Positions 10,155 to 19,264 of a stretch of DNA of 64,000 nucleotides are shown in pieces. Under the pieces are notes generated by a model. It was given only the letters and a program-made list of their open reading frames with translations, was not told the origin of the DNA and made no database searches. The position numbers were made by a program, and so were the translations under genes. The stretch spans positions 1,408,001 to 1,472,000 of the forward strand of contig OY969554.1 of assembly GCA_963700985.1 (NCBI GenBank), in the 5' to 3' direction. Each line of letters opens with the position of its first letter. The stretch's first letter is position 1. This DNA is from an uncultured Chlamydiales bacterium. Lineage in GTDB: Bacteria; Chlamydiota; Chlamydiia; Chlamydiales; Rhabdochlamydiaceae.

Positions 10155-11093
10155 CTAGGGGCTTTTTTGGTAATTGGGGCCTCCGTTATCCGAAAGCGCT
10201 TTGATCTGTGTCGATACCACATCATTGTTTACTGTGTATAAACGAATTCCAGGAACTAGGGGCAGATCCATATCAAAAGGAAGGAAAATGTCGTATGCTT
10301 TGAAATACTCTAGAATTTTCCTCATGCCTTTGCGCCGCACTATGTAAGAATAGTTACCAAAACGGGCGCCAATACGTCTAAAAAAAGCGTCAATTTTTTC
10401 ATTCTTAGCAGCTTTTTTAGGTTTTAAAGGAGTGAAGTTAGGCCTCCACGCATAAGTTGTAGAGGGAACGTATCTTCCCTGCTGGTTTTTGGTGTCGCGA
10501 TCGGTAAATAAAACATCCCACCTATCCTTTCCAACTAGGGCATCGAGCTTATCAATAAAAGTAGAGATAAGATGGGGATCTCGAATGATGTCAATATCAT
10601 CCTCCATGATCCAAACCGTTTCATAGCCAGAATCATAAGCATCTTGAAGGATCGAAAGATGACTTAATGAAATACCCACCGCGCCTCTCGACATGCAATG
10701 GCAAAAATAGGTCCTTCCTAGCTTATTCACCATCTCATGATGGGGCTGACCATTTCCATTTGGCAGATAACAAGTTCCCATTTTTTCACTTGTCATTCCC
10801 CTAGCAAATTTAACACCGAGATCATTAAGAGCTTCTAATGAGAGCTCCCACCCATTAACGGCAGAAAAACGATGAGGATAGATTCCGTAAGGGGTTAACT
10901 GCTCTACGCAAGATGCAAACTTTTCAGGTCTCTGATCTAAATTGATCACATAAATAAAATCGATGTTTCGCATTGGGCGCACACCTGTCTTATGCTCCAC
11001 CGTTTTTAGGTGATCTTCAACACGAGCACTAAGATTTAGGAAACTAAAAATGCAGAGTAAAAACAACAATCGGAATAACATTTGTACCTTCAA
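10155..11093 (-). CDS. Glycosyltransferase family 25 (paralog 3)
   Basis: YVINLDQRPEK, RFSAVNG, SLSH and IMEDD; aligns with the other two GT25 genes. Confidence 0.85.
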   Translation of the reverse strand: MKVQMLFRLLFLLCIFSFLNLSARVEDHLKTVEHKTGVRPMRNIDFIYVINLDQRPEKFASCVEQLTPYGIYPHRFSAVNGWELSLEALNDLGVKFARGMTSEKMGTCYLPNGNGQPHHEMVNKLGRTYFCHCMSRGAVGISLSHLSILQDAYDSGYETVWIMEDDIDIIRDPHLISTFIDKLDALVGKDRWDVLFTDRDTKNQQGRYVPSTTYAWRPNFTPLKPKKAAKNEKIDAFFRRIGARFGNYSYIVRRKGMRKILEYFKAYDIFLPFDMDLPLVPGIRLYTVNNDVVSTQIKALSDNGGPNYQKSP

Positions 11094-11105
11094 TTTAACT
11101 TTGAC

Positions 11106-12209
11106 CTAGGCAAAAGTTGTTTTTAGTTTTTTTTCTTTTTCTGACCGAGCTAAGGCGGATTCAATAAGACAATCTACTACCTTTGAAAAAGAAACCCCGC
11201 TGACTTCCCAGAGCTTGGGATACATGCTCGTATTGGTAAAGCCGGGGATGGTGTTGATCTCATTCACATACACAGAACCATCTTGTTTCAAAAAGAGATC
11301 GAGCCGCGCTAAACCTTCGCAGCAGAGGGTTTTATAAGCGCGTAAAGTGATCTCTTGCACGCGTTTTGTAGTCGCAGCATCTACCGGTGCTGGCAATTTT
11401 AAAACTGTGCCACTATCTGAAATATATTTAGCTTCATACGAATAAAACTCATCTTGGGGGATAACTTCTCCCGGCAGAGACACTTTCAATTCGTGACCGT
11501 CTGCTAAAACGCAACACTCGAGCTCCCGCCCATCGATGAACTCTTCCAGGAGAATTTTATGATCATATAAGAAAGCTTTCTGCAGTGCAGCGTCATATTC
11601 TTCCTGGTTGCGCACTTTTGAGACGCCGACAGAAGAGCCTAAGTTTGCAGGCTTTACAAAGATCGGCAGGCCAAGCTCTTTAACAGCTTCCTCGAAACTC
11701 AACGACTCACTTGCGTCTAAGCAGATGAATTTGCCAATATTTAACTTGGCATCACGCAATAGCCGCTTCATGACATCTTTGTCCATGCCCACTGCAGAAC
11801 CTAAGATACCTGCGCCAACAAATGGAACTCCGGCCATGCGAAAAAGACCTTGAATTGCGCCATCCTCTCCATAGGTTCCATGCAGCACAGGAAAGATTAC
11901 ATCGAGAGGTTCGGACAATCCTTTCTGTGACAAACTTACGAGATTCTTATTTTGCGGTTGGGCTACCAGGGCCACTTGATCTCGAGCACCATGTAGACAT
12001 ACTTTCTTGGGATTATCCGCATTGAGAAGGTATTGGTAAGCATCGCGAACATGCCACTCACCATTTTTGTCGATTCCAATCAGAACAGGTTCATATCTAT
12101 CTTTATCTAGAGCATCTATCACATTCTTAGCCGAGAGAAGAGAAATCTCATGTTCTGCTGATCTACCGCCAAAAACTACACCGACTCGAATTTTGCGTTG
12201 CATACCCAT
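11106..12209 (-). CDS. ddl: D-alanine--D-alanine ligase
   Basis: [38 protein letters not shown] and [10 protein letters not shown]. Confidence 0.95.
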   Translation of the reverse strand: MGMQRKIRVGVVFGGRSAEHEISLLSAKNVIDALDKDRYEPVLIGIDKNGEWHVRDAYQYLLNADNPKKVCLHGARDQVALVAQPQNKNLVSLSQKGLSEPLDVIFPVLHGTYGEDGAIQGLFRMAGVPFVGAGILGSAVGMDKDVMKRLLRDAKLNIGKFICLDASESLSFEEAVKELGLPIFVKPANLGSSVGVSKVRNQEEYDAALQKAFLYDHKILLEEFIDGRELECCVLADGHELKVSLPGEVIPQDEFYSYEAKYISDSGTVLKLPAPVDAATTKRVQEITLRAYKTLCCEGLARLDLFLKQDGSVYVNEINTIPGFTNTSMYPKLWEVSGVSFSKVVDCLIESALARSEKEKKLKTTFA

Positions 12210-12328
12210 CTTCCCACTCCTAGTTGAAGTCTGAATCTGGTATTATTACGACTTTATAGAATTTCAGCATAGACCCATGCACTCTTTAATAGACTTATGC
12301 ATAGAGCAAAGCTGCTAAGTTTAAAAAA

Positions 12329-12414
12329 AACAGGATCCGCAGGATCAGGCAAGATATAGAGGGTAGATAAAATATCCTACGTATCCTAGCGCTTGCGATC
12401 CTGCATATCCTGTT
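12329..12414. repeat. Dispersed imperfect palindromic element (CAGGAT...ATCCTG), copy 1
   Basis: aacaggatccgcaggatc ... gatcctgcatatcctgtt (16/18 inverted match); its right arm is nearly identical to 28951-28995. Confidence 0.75.
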
Positions 12415-12422
12415 AAATAGGT

Positions 12423-13529
12423 ATGATGAACAAGATTTTACATATTGCGAATACGAATTTGGAGTGGGAGCTGACGCAGAAAAGCGTCACACCGCTATCT
12501 CTTGCGCTCGAAAAAAATGCTATTTTCATGCAATTGCAGTTTCTGCCTTTTTTATTTGCCCATGAAAGTGATGGAGTATGCGTCACAGCTCCACCTGGGG
12601 AAGAATTTTTGAAAGGGCTGGAAAGCTTGCATATTACCCCTCCTAAGTTACACTTGCTCTCCGAAGAGAGTTTCTCTGCTTATGAGAAGATAGAATCTTG
12701 GGGATCATCTCTAAGCGTGGGTCAATGGGCTAAAACCCACTCCCTTACTTATCCTATGCCAAGCTGGCAGATCGTAGAACAGGTGAACTCAAAACTCTTC
12801 TCCTTTTCTTCTGCACCAAAATTACCTGGCGCTAAACTTCTATATGATGAAAAAGAAGTCTGGGGTTGGATTGAACAAGCGGCTACACCCGTTGTTTTTA
12901 AAACTTGTTTTGGCGTCTCAGGGCAAGGTCACTTTATCTGGGATAAAGCAGCCGCACCTGATCCTCAAAGGCTGAAGCGTTTCTTAGACCGCGAGTGGCA
13001 GGAGAAAAGACCGGTAATTGGCGAGCCTTGGGTTAAAAGAGTCTTAGACTTTAGCACTCAATGGAAAATCGGCGCTCAAATCCACTATCTCGGCTCAACG
13101 CTTTGCGAAACAAGCGACAAGGGCGTTCACAAGCAAAATATAGTTGGCGAAGAGAGTCTTATATTTGGGGAGATGATCTCATTTTTGTACGCGCATAAGG
13201 AAATTGTGCGCCCAATTCTAGAACAGATGCAAACTTTGGGCTATTTTGGCCATGTGGGCATCGATGCACTGCTTTACCAAGATGAAAAAAATGGCGGCAA
13301 GATTCTTTTGCATCCAATCGTGGAGATCAATGCACGCAAAACAATGGGTTGGACTGCATTAGAAATCCGACGCAAACATTTTGCAAATCAGATTCTTGCA
13401 TTGCAATATCTCCCTCACACGCCCTCAATGCACAACCTGCTTCCCTCTGCACTTATTTCATCACGCGGCAAGCAGATACATTTTCCGCGCGCATTAAAGG
13501 TGTTTACTTTTAATTGTTTTTGCCGGTAA
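12423..13529 (+). CDS. ATP-grasp fold protein of unknown function
   Basis: VFKTCFGVSGQG, EPWV, GYFGHVGIDA and VEINARKT ATP-grasp motifs. Confidence 0.65.
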   Translation: MMNKILHIANTNLEWELTQKSVTPLSLALEKNAIFMQLQFLPFLFAHESDGVCVTAPPGEEFLKGLESLHITPPKLHLLSEESFSAYEKIESWGSSLSVGQWAKTHSLTYPMPSWQIVEQVNSKLFSFSSAPKLPGAKLLYDEKEVWGWIEQAATPVVFKTCFGVSGQGHFIWDKAAAPDPQRLKRFLDREWQEKRPVIGEPWVKRVLDFSTQWKIGAQIHYLGSTLCETSDKGVHKQNIVGEESLIFGEMISFLYAHKEIVRPILEQMQTLGYFGHVGIDALLYQDEKNGGKILLHPIVEINARKTMGWTALEIRRKHFANQILALQYLPHTPSMHNLLPSALISSRGKQIHFPRALKVFTFNCFCR

Positions 13530-13561
13530 CAATAGAGGTAGAATAGCGTGCGCAGGGTTAA

Positions 13562-14956
13562 ATGGACGTCATCAAGATCAAAGGTGGAATTCCACTCGAA
13601 GGAACAGTGAAAGCCGCCGGCGCAAAAAACGCTGTGACCAAAATTCTCGTCGCGTCTCTCCTCTCGGATAAGCGCTGCACTCTTTACAACGTACCCAATA
13701 TTGCAGAAGTTGAAGTTACCGTTGATCTTTGCGAAGAGATCGGCAGCGAAGTGCATTGGGATAGAAAAGAGGGCGTGATTGAAATCGTCACCAAAAGCCT
13801 TAAGACCACGTATGTCCCACAACGCTTTTCAGGCTCTAACCGAATTCCCATTCTAATGATCGGTGCGTTACTTGGAAGAACCGATGAAGACATCATCGTT
13901 CCTACTGCAGGCGGCTGTAAGATTGGCAAAAGACCCGTAGATTTTCACATCAGTGCGCTGGAAAAATTGGGCGCGACTATCGAATACCGTGAGATGAAAA
14001 AAGAAGGCGCTTATTTTGCACGGGCCCATCAAGGATTAAAAGGCTCGGTAATCCAGCTGCCTTATCCTTCTGTTGGCGCTACTGAAAATGCGATCCTGGC
14101 AGCAGCAAGAGCTAAAGGCAGTACCGTAATCAAAAATGCTGCGATGGAACCTGAGATCATCGACCTCATTCTCTTTTTGCAGAAGCTCGGCGTAATCATC
14201 TCTATCGACATCGACCGTACAATTAATATCCAAGAGACCACTAAATTCTTCGAAGCAGAACACACTATCGTAACGGACCGAATTGAAGCCGCTTCGCTTG
14301 GTATGGCCGCAATTAGCACGAAAGGAAAAGTGTTTGTCGAAGGTGCCCAGCATCAAAACATGCTTACCTTTCTAAATAAGCTGCGTAGGATCGGTGCGGG
14401 TTTCCATGTGAAGAATCAAGGCATCGAATTTTTCTATCAAGGCCCACTAAAAGGGGGCATCCTGCTGGAAACTGACGTCTATCCAGGCTTTCTCACCGAC
14501 TGGCAGCAACCATTTGTGGTATTGCTCACACAAGCCGAAGGCTGCTCTATCGTCCATGAGACAGTCTATGAGAATCGCTTTGGTTACACAGAAGTTTTAA
14601 AGGAGATGGGAGCAGACATCGAACTTTTTACTCAATGTTTAGGAGCTCGTCCTTGCCGTTTTGCTGGACATAACTTCCACCATAACGCGATTATCAAAGG
14701 AATCACTCCTCTTTCTTCCAAAGATTTCGCTATTCCAGATTTGCGCGGCGGATTCGCCTACGTAATGGCTGCACTTATTGCACCTGATACTAGCACCTTA
14801 TCAAGAGTCGACTTCCTCGATCGAGGTTATGAAAACCTCGTGGGCAAACTCGCTTCTCTAGGGGCAGATATCTCTCGCTCACCTGATACTGCACCCGCAA
14901 CACGTGAAACACCCGTTAAGCTTTCTCAAATATCACAAGCCGCCCTGAAAGAATAA
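13562..14956 (+). CDS. murA: UDP-N-acetylglucosamine 1-carboxyvinyltransferase
   Basis: GAKNA, GGCKIGKRPVDFH, SVGATEN, DRIEA, PGFLTD and DLRGG. Confidence 0.96.
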   Translation: MDVIKIKGGIPLEGTVKAAGAKNAVTKILVASLLSDKRCTLYNVPNIAEVEVTVDLCEEIGSEVHWDRKEGVIEIVTKSLKTTYVPQRFSGSNRIPILMIGALLGRTDEDIIVPTAGGCKIGKRPVDFHISALEKLGATIEYREMKKEGAYFARAHQGLKGSVIQLPYPSVGATENAILAAARAKGSTVIKNAAMEPEIIDLILFLQKLGVIISIDIDRTINIQETTKFFEAEHTIVTDRIEAASLGMAAISTKGKVFVEGAQHQNMLTFLNKLRRIGAGFHVKNQGIEFFYQGPLKGGILLETDVYPGFLTDWQQPFVVLLTQAEGCSIVHETVYENRFGYTEVLKEMGADIELFTQCLGARPCRFAGHNFHHNAIIKGITPLSSKDFAIPDLRGGFAYVMAALIAPDTSTLSRVDFLDRGYENLVGKLASLGADISRSPDTAPATRETPVKLSQISQAALKE

Positions 14957-14962
14957 CCTTTC

Positions 14963-15946
14963 TTAGAGGGTATTCAATAGCAAGGTCTTCTCGGTTTTTC
15001 CGGGAATTTCGCGCACATACTTAGGAACAGCATAGCCTGAAAGCGCACTGCTGATTTGCGCAATGAGCTCTCTTCCTTTCTCTTCTTCCACTTCAAAGTG
15101 CGCACCGCCCTCCACTTTGTCTAGCTGATGCAGATAGTAGGGAAGGATACCGTGATCGGCCAGAAGCTGCATGAGCTCTTTGAGCGTTTCAGGAGCATCA
15201 TTGATGTTCTTTAAAAGCACGGCTTGATTAAGCACGGGAATGCCAAGCATTTGGATAGACTTAAGCGCTTGGAAGATCTCGCCATCGAGCTCTTTGGGAT
15301 GGTTACAGTGAAGTACAAAGAAGGTCTGCAGGCGGCACTCTTTTAAGATTTTGAGAAAGCCCTCATCGATTCTCTCCGGAATCCCAACCGGGAAGCGCGT
15401 GTGAAAGCGCAGACGTTTGAGATGAGGAATAAGCGCTAATCTTTGGATGAGGTGACCAAGCTGTTCGTTGCTAAGAGATAAAGGATCGCCCCCACTCAGA
15501 ATGATCTCAGAAAGTGAGGAGTCTTGCTCAAGAATCTCCAGCTCTTTTTCAAAAAAATTCTCGTTCTCTAAATAGTCAAAGTTACTGCGGAAGCAGAATC
15601 TACAGTGCATAGCGCAAGCTGTGGTAGTGAGTAGCAGCGCCCGTCCCTCATACTTTTGCAATAGCCTCTTCTCTTTACGAAAGGTGGCATCTTGCACAGG
15701 ATCAGTGCAAAAACCCGGCGCACTTATATTCTTTTCGGCTCTTAGAGGCACAAATTGAAGAAAAAGAGGGTCATCTAAACTATTTTTGGCCATCTTTTGC
15801 GCCAGGCGCATCGGCACATTCAAAGGAAAGCGCGGATTTATAAGCACTTCCTCTCGCAAAGACGCCTCCATTTCCAGGAAGTCTAAAAGAGCAGAACAGT
15901 TAGTAAAATTTTGGCGTTGAACCATTCGCCAATGAGGAATCTCCAT
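14963..15946 (-). CDS. epmB: KamA-family radical SAM, EF-P beta-lysylation lysine 2,3-aminomutase-like
   Basis: CAMHCRFCFR, ILSGGDPL, RFHTRFP, NQAVLL and YYLHQLDKV. Confidence 0.85.
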   Translation of the reverse strand: MEIPHWRMVQRQNFTNCSALLDFLEMEASLREEVLINPRFPLNVPMRLAQKMAKNSLDDPLFLQFVPLRAEKNISAPGFCTDPVQDATFRKEKRLLQKYEGRALLLTTTACAMHCRFCFRSNFDYLENENFFEKELEILEQDSSLSEIILSGGDPLSLSNEQLGHLIQRLALIPHLKRLRFHTRFPVGIPERIDEGFLKILKECRLQTFFVLHCNHPKELDGEIFQALKSIQMLGIPVLNQAVLLKNINDAPETLKELMQLLADHGILPYYLHQLDKVEGGAHFEVEEEKGRELIAQISSALSGYAVPKYVREIPGKTEKTLLLNTL

Positions 15947-16069
15947 AGAGAAGAAATTCTAATGTGTAGAAGATTGGAAGTCAAAGCTCTTTAAAATACT
16001 GTTGATTATAGCGTTCCAGAAAATTTAATTTTTGATATGTTTATTCAAAAATGTTTTTTTTGGATCCTT

Positions 16070-17482
16070 ATGAAAATAAGCGACCTGCGACTGATCATTT
16101 CCAAGGGAGAAGATAGCCGACATCAGTTTAAAGAAGATGTCCGCAATGGAGATTCTCTTGCGGCTGAAATGGTCGCTTTCTCTAATTCTCAGGGCGGCCG
16201 CATTTTTATCGGGGTATCAAACCAGGGAATTTTAACAGGCCTATCCTCTGCCGACGTCGATAGGATTAACCAAATTATCGGCAACGCAGCCAATCAGCAT
16301 GTCCGCGGCCCTGTTACTATCCAAACTGAGAATATCGCTATTGGTTCTAATCGCATCGTTATTGTGTTAACCATTCCCGAAGGGATTGATAAACCCTACT
16401 TTGACCATCATGGGGTTATCTGGTTAAAAAGTGGGGCCGATAAGAGACGCGTCAATTCTAAAGAGGAACTGCGCAGGCTTTTCCAAGAAGTAGATCTTGT
16501 GCATGCAGATGAAGTGCCTACACGAGCTGGAATTGAGGTGCTGAATTCGAAAGTGTTTTTAGATTTTCTCAAAAAAACATATCAGGAACCATATCCTAAA
16601 GTTCGTGTAAAAAGGCTTCAACTTCTAGAAAACATGAACTTAGCCAAGGGCGATCATTTGAATTTAGCTGGCCTGCTTCTTTTTGGAATGAAACCTCAAG
16701 TTTATAAACCAGCATTCGTGATTAAAGCGGTGTCATTTTCTGGAACTCAAATAACCAATCACTATTTAGATAGTGAGGACTTTGAAGGTTCTCTATCGAG
16801 CGTATTTCAAGGGGCTTTAGCCTTCATTATGCGAAATTTGCGGAAGGTACAAAAGAATAAAGGAGTTAACTCCCTTGGAGAGCCAGAAATTCCTCAGCTT
16901 GTGTTTGAAGAGCTTCTTGTCAATGCTTTGATCCACCGGGATTATTTTATCTCAGCGCCTATCAGACTGCTCGTTTTTGATGATCGGATAGAGATCATCA
17001 ATCCAGGTAACCTTTCCGATCACCTCACCATTGAGAAAATTAGAGCTGGGAACTCAATCCAGCGCAATCCAGTTTTAGCATCTTTTGTAGCCAAGGGATT
17101 ATTACCTTACCGCGGACTTGGCACGGGCATCCGCCGAGCTCTTCAAGACTGGCCTCATATAGAGTTCATCAATGATCAAGATGGTTGTCTCTTTACGACT
17201 GTTATATCTAGAGTAACTGTGCAAGAAATAGCATCTAGAAAAACATTAGGCGACCCTAGAAATGACCCTAGAAATGACCCTAGAAATGACCCTAGAAATG
17301 AGATCCAGATCTATATTTTAAAACTCCTGCGAGAAGATCCCTGGATTTCCTACGAGGATGTTGCAAAGAAACTCAAAAAAGATCGAAGTACCATCAAAAG
17401 AAATATTCGGCTGCTAAAATTGCATGGGCTTTTACGCCGTTCTGGACCCACGAAAAAAGGAGTCTGGGAAGTATTAAAATAG
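16070..17482 (+). CDS. AlbA_2/Schlafen-like domain + HATPase_c_4 ('RecG C-terminal'-like) + C-terminal HTH protein
   Basis: GEDSRHQFKE...AFSNSQGG.IFIGV; EELLVNALIHRDY...DRIEIINPG...RNP...GTGI; C-terminal wHTH ending GxWEV; start taken at ATG 16070. Confidence 0.85.
   Translation: MKISDLRLIISKGEDSRHQFKEDVRNGDSLAAEMVAFSNSQGGRIFIGVSNQGILTGLSSADVDRINQIIGNAANQHVRGPVTIQTENIAIGSNRIVIVLTIPEGIDKPYFDHHGVIWLKSGADKRRVNSKEELRRLFQEVDLVHADEVPTRAGIEVLNSKVFLDFLKKTYQEPYPKVRVKRLQLLENMNLAKGDHLNLAGLLLFGMKPQVYKPAFVIKAVSFSGTQITNHYLDSEDFEGSLSSVFQGALAFIMRNLRKVQKNKGVNSLGEPEIPQLVFEELLVNALIHRDYFISAPIRLLVFDDRIEIINPGNLSDHLTIEKIRAGNSIQRNPVLASFVAKGLLPYRGLGTGIRRALQDWPHIEFINDQDGCLFTTVISRVTVQEIASRKTLGDPRNDPRNDPRNDPRNEIQIYILKLLREDPWISYEDVAKKLKKDRSTIKRNIRLLKLHGLLRRSGPTKKGVWEVLK
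17252..17299 (+). repeat. In-frame 12-bp tandem repeat (gaccctagaaat)x4 encoding DPRN
   Basis: Four exact copies in the linker before the HTH. Confidence 0.95.
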
Positions 17483-17484
17483 TC

Positions 17485-19257
17485 TTACATACGCTCAACG
17501 GTACGCAGTCCTAAGATCTCAAGACCTTGCCTGAGCACGCGGGCCGTGGCTTCACAGAGCATGAGACGGCTGTTCTCTTCAGGAGTGCCCTCAACGCGGC
17601 AGTCGCGGAAAAAGGCATTAAACTTATCTGCCAGCAGATAGAGATACTCGGTCAGACGGTTGGGCAGAAGCTCATTTACAATCGCATCTAATGTTTCGCC
17701 AAACTGACGCAGGTGCAATGCCAGTGCGATCTCGGCCGGATGCTCGAGCTGAATGTGATTTTTTTCGATCACCGCATCGATATCTTTGCCAACTTTGCGC
17801 TTAATCCCTTGCACACGCACATAAGCATAAAGCAAGAAGGCAGCTGTGTTTCCCTCAAATTTTAGCATGCGATCGTAGCTAAAAACATAATCTTTCTGAC
17901 GGTGACCGGAAAGATCAGAATACTTTACCGCACCAATGCCTAAAGCTTGGGCAAGCTCACTCTTTTCTGATTTAGAGATATCTGGCAGGCGTTCTTCAAT
18001 GATTTTCTCTGCGCGCAGGGTAGCTTCATTTAAAAGATCGATCAGCTTCTCTGTTTCGCCCGAGCGCGTCTTGAACTTCTTGCCGTCCTGACCCAAAACT
18101 ACTCCAAAGGCCACATGATCAACGCGCACTTTTTTGGGATCGAGGTAACCGGCGAGTTCTGCGGCTTTGAAAAACATACGGCAGTGTAAGCTTTGCCCCG
18201 CATCGATCACATAAATAGCGCGATCCGCTTTTTCAACTTCAATGCGATAGCGCAAGCTCGCTAAATCGGTCGCATCATAGTTGTAGCCACCATCGGCCTT
18301 CTGCACAATCATCGGCAAAGGTTCACCCTCTGGAGTGAGAAATCCCTCCATGAAAATGCACTTAGCTCCATCGGAAATGGTAATTAGCCCTTTATTTGTA
18401 AGGTCGTCAATTAACGGCTTGAGGTAAGGGTTGTAGAATGATTCACCACGCTCAACTAGTTTGACATCCAGAATATCATAGATCTCCTGAAATCCTTTGC
18501 GTGAGATAGCACAGATCATCTGCCAAGCTTTAAGCGATTCGAGATCACCACCTTGCAAAAGCACAACTTGATTCTGTGCGCGTTTTTTGAATTCGGGATC
18601 AGCGTCAAAACGAATCTTCGACTGCTTATACCAGTGCATAAGCATGGAAAGCTCAGCCGGCTTTTCGCCTTTTAATACATCCGGGACTTCGTCGTGCATA
18701 TAGGTGATCAACATCCCGAACTGCGTTCCCCAATCACCCACGTGATTGAGTCTCAATACATCGTGTCCTAAAAACTCAAACAGCCGCGCAAGCGCATCGC
18801 CGATAACAGTAGAACGCAAGTGGCCTACATGCATCTCTTTAGCCACGTTGGGTGAAGAGAAATCGACAATCACACGTTGTCTCTTTTCAGGACGCGGGGC
18901 TCCTAAATAGGGATCTCTTAATAGATGATCAGCTTCGCGCGCTAGAAAATTTGTATCGAGAGTAAAATTGATAAAGCCTGCACCGGCAATCTCCACCTTA
19001 TCAACCATTGAAGAGCCGTTCGGAGCTTTTGTATTGAAGTGTGCGATGATCTTCTGAGCGACATCTCTTGGAGAAGTCTTCAGAGCTTTAGCTAATTTTA
19101 GCGCATTATTGCACTGATAGTGGCCAAACTGAGGATTTGTGCTCTGCTCGACTTCAGGCTGCAGAAGCTCTTCATTTTCAACCGGTAAGTCCTTGAAGGC
19201 ATCAAGCAATGCCTGCTTTACCTTGTGCTTCAAGAGCGTAGAGATATTTTGCATCAA
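17485..19257 (-). CDS. argS: Arginine--tRNA ligase
   Basis: DFSSPNVAKEMHVGHLRST, NHVGDWGTQFG, KFKTRSG and GNTAAFLLYAY. Confidence 0.97.
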   Translation of the reverse strand: MMQNISTLLKHKVKQALLDAFKDLPVENEELLQPEVEQSTNPQFGHYQCNNALKLAKALKTSPRDVAQKIIAHFNTKAPNGSSMVDKVEIAGAGFINFTLDTNFLAREADHLLRDPYLGAPRPEKRQRVIVDFSSPNVAKEMHVGHLRSTVIGDALARLFEFLGHDVLRLNHVGDWGTQFGMLITYMHDEVPDVLKGEKPAELSMLMHWYKQSKIRFDADPEFKKRAQNQVVLLQGGDLESLKAWQMICAISRKGFQEIYDILDVKLVERGESFYNPYLKPLIDDLTNKGLITISDGAKCIFMEGFLTPEGEPLPMIVQKADGGYNYDATDLASLRYRIEVEKADRAIYVIDAGQSLHCRMFFKAAELAGYLDPKKVRVDHVAFGVVLGQDGKKFKTRSGETEKLIDLLNEATLRAEKIIEERLPDISKSEKSELAQALGIGAVKYSDLSGHRQKDYVFSYDRMLKFEGNTAAFLLYAYVRVQGIKRKVGKDIDAVIEKNHIQLEHPAEIALALHLRQFGETLDAIVNELLPNRLTEYLYLLADKFNAFFRDCRVEGTPEENSRLMLCEATARVLRQGLEILGLRTVERM

Positions 19258-19264
19258 AACTCAG

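Noticed and set aside
17252-17299. Direct repeats as a possible CRISPR array
   Set aside because: The 12-bp units are contiguous with no spacers, lie in frame within a CDS, and no cas genes are present.
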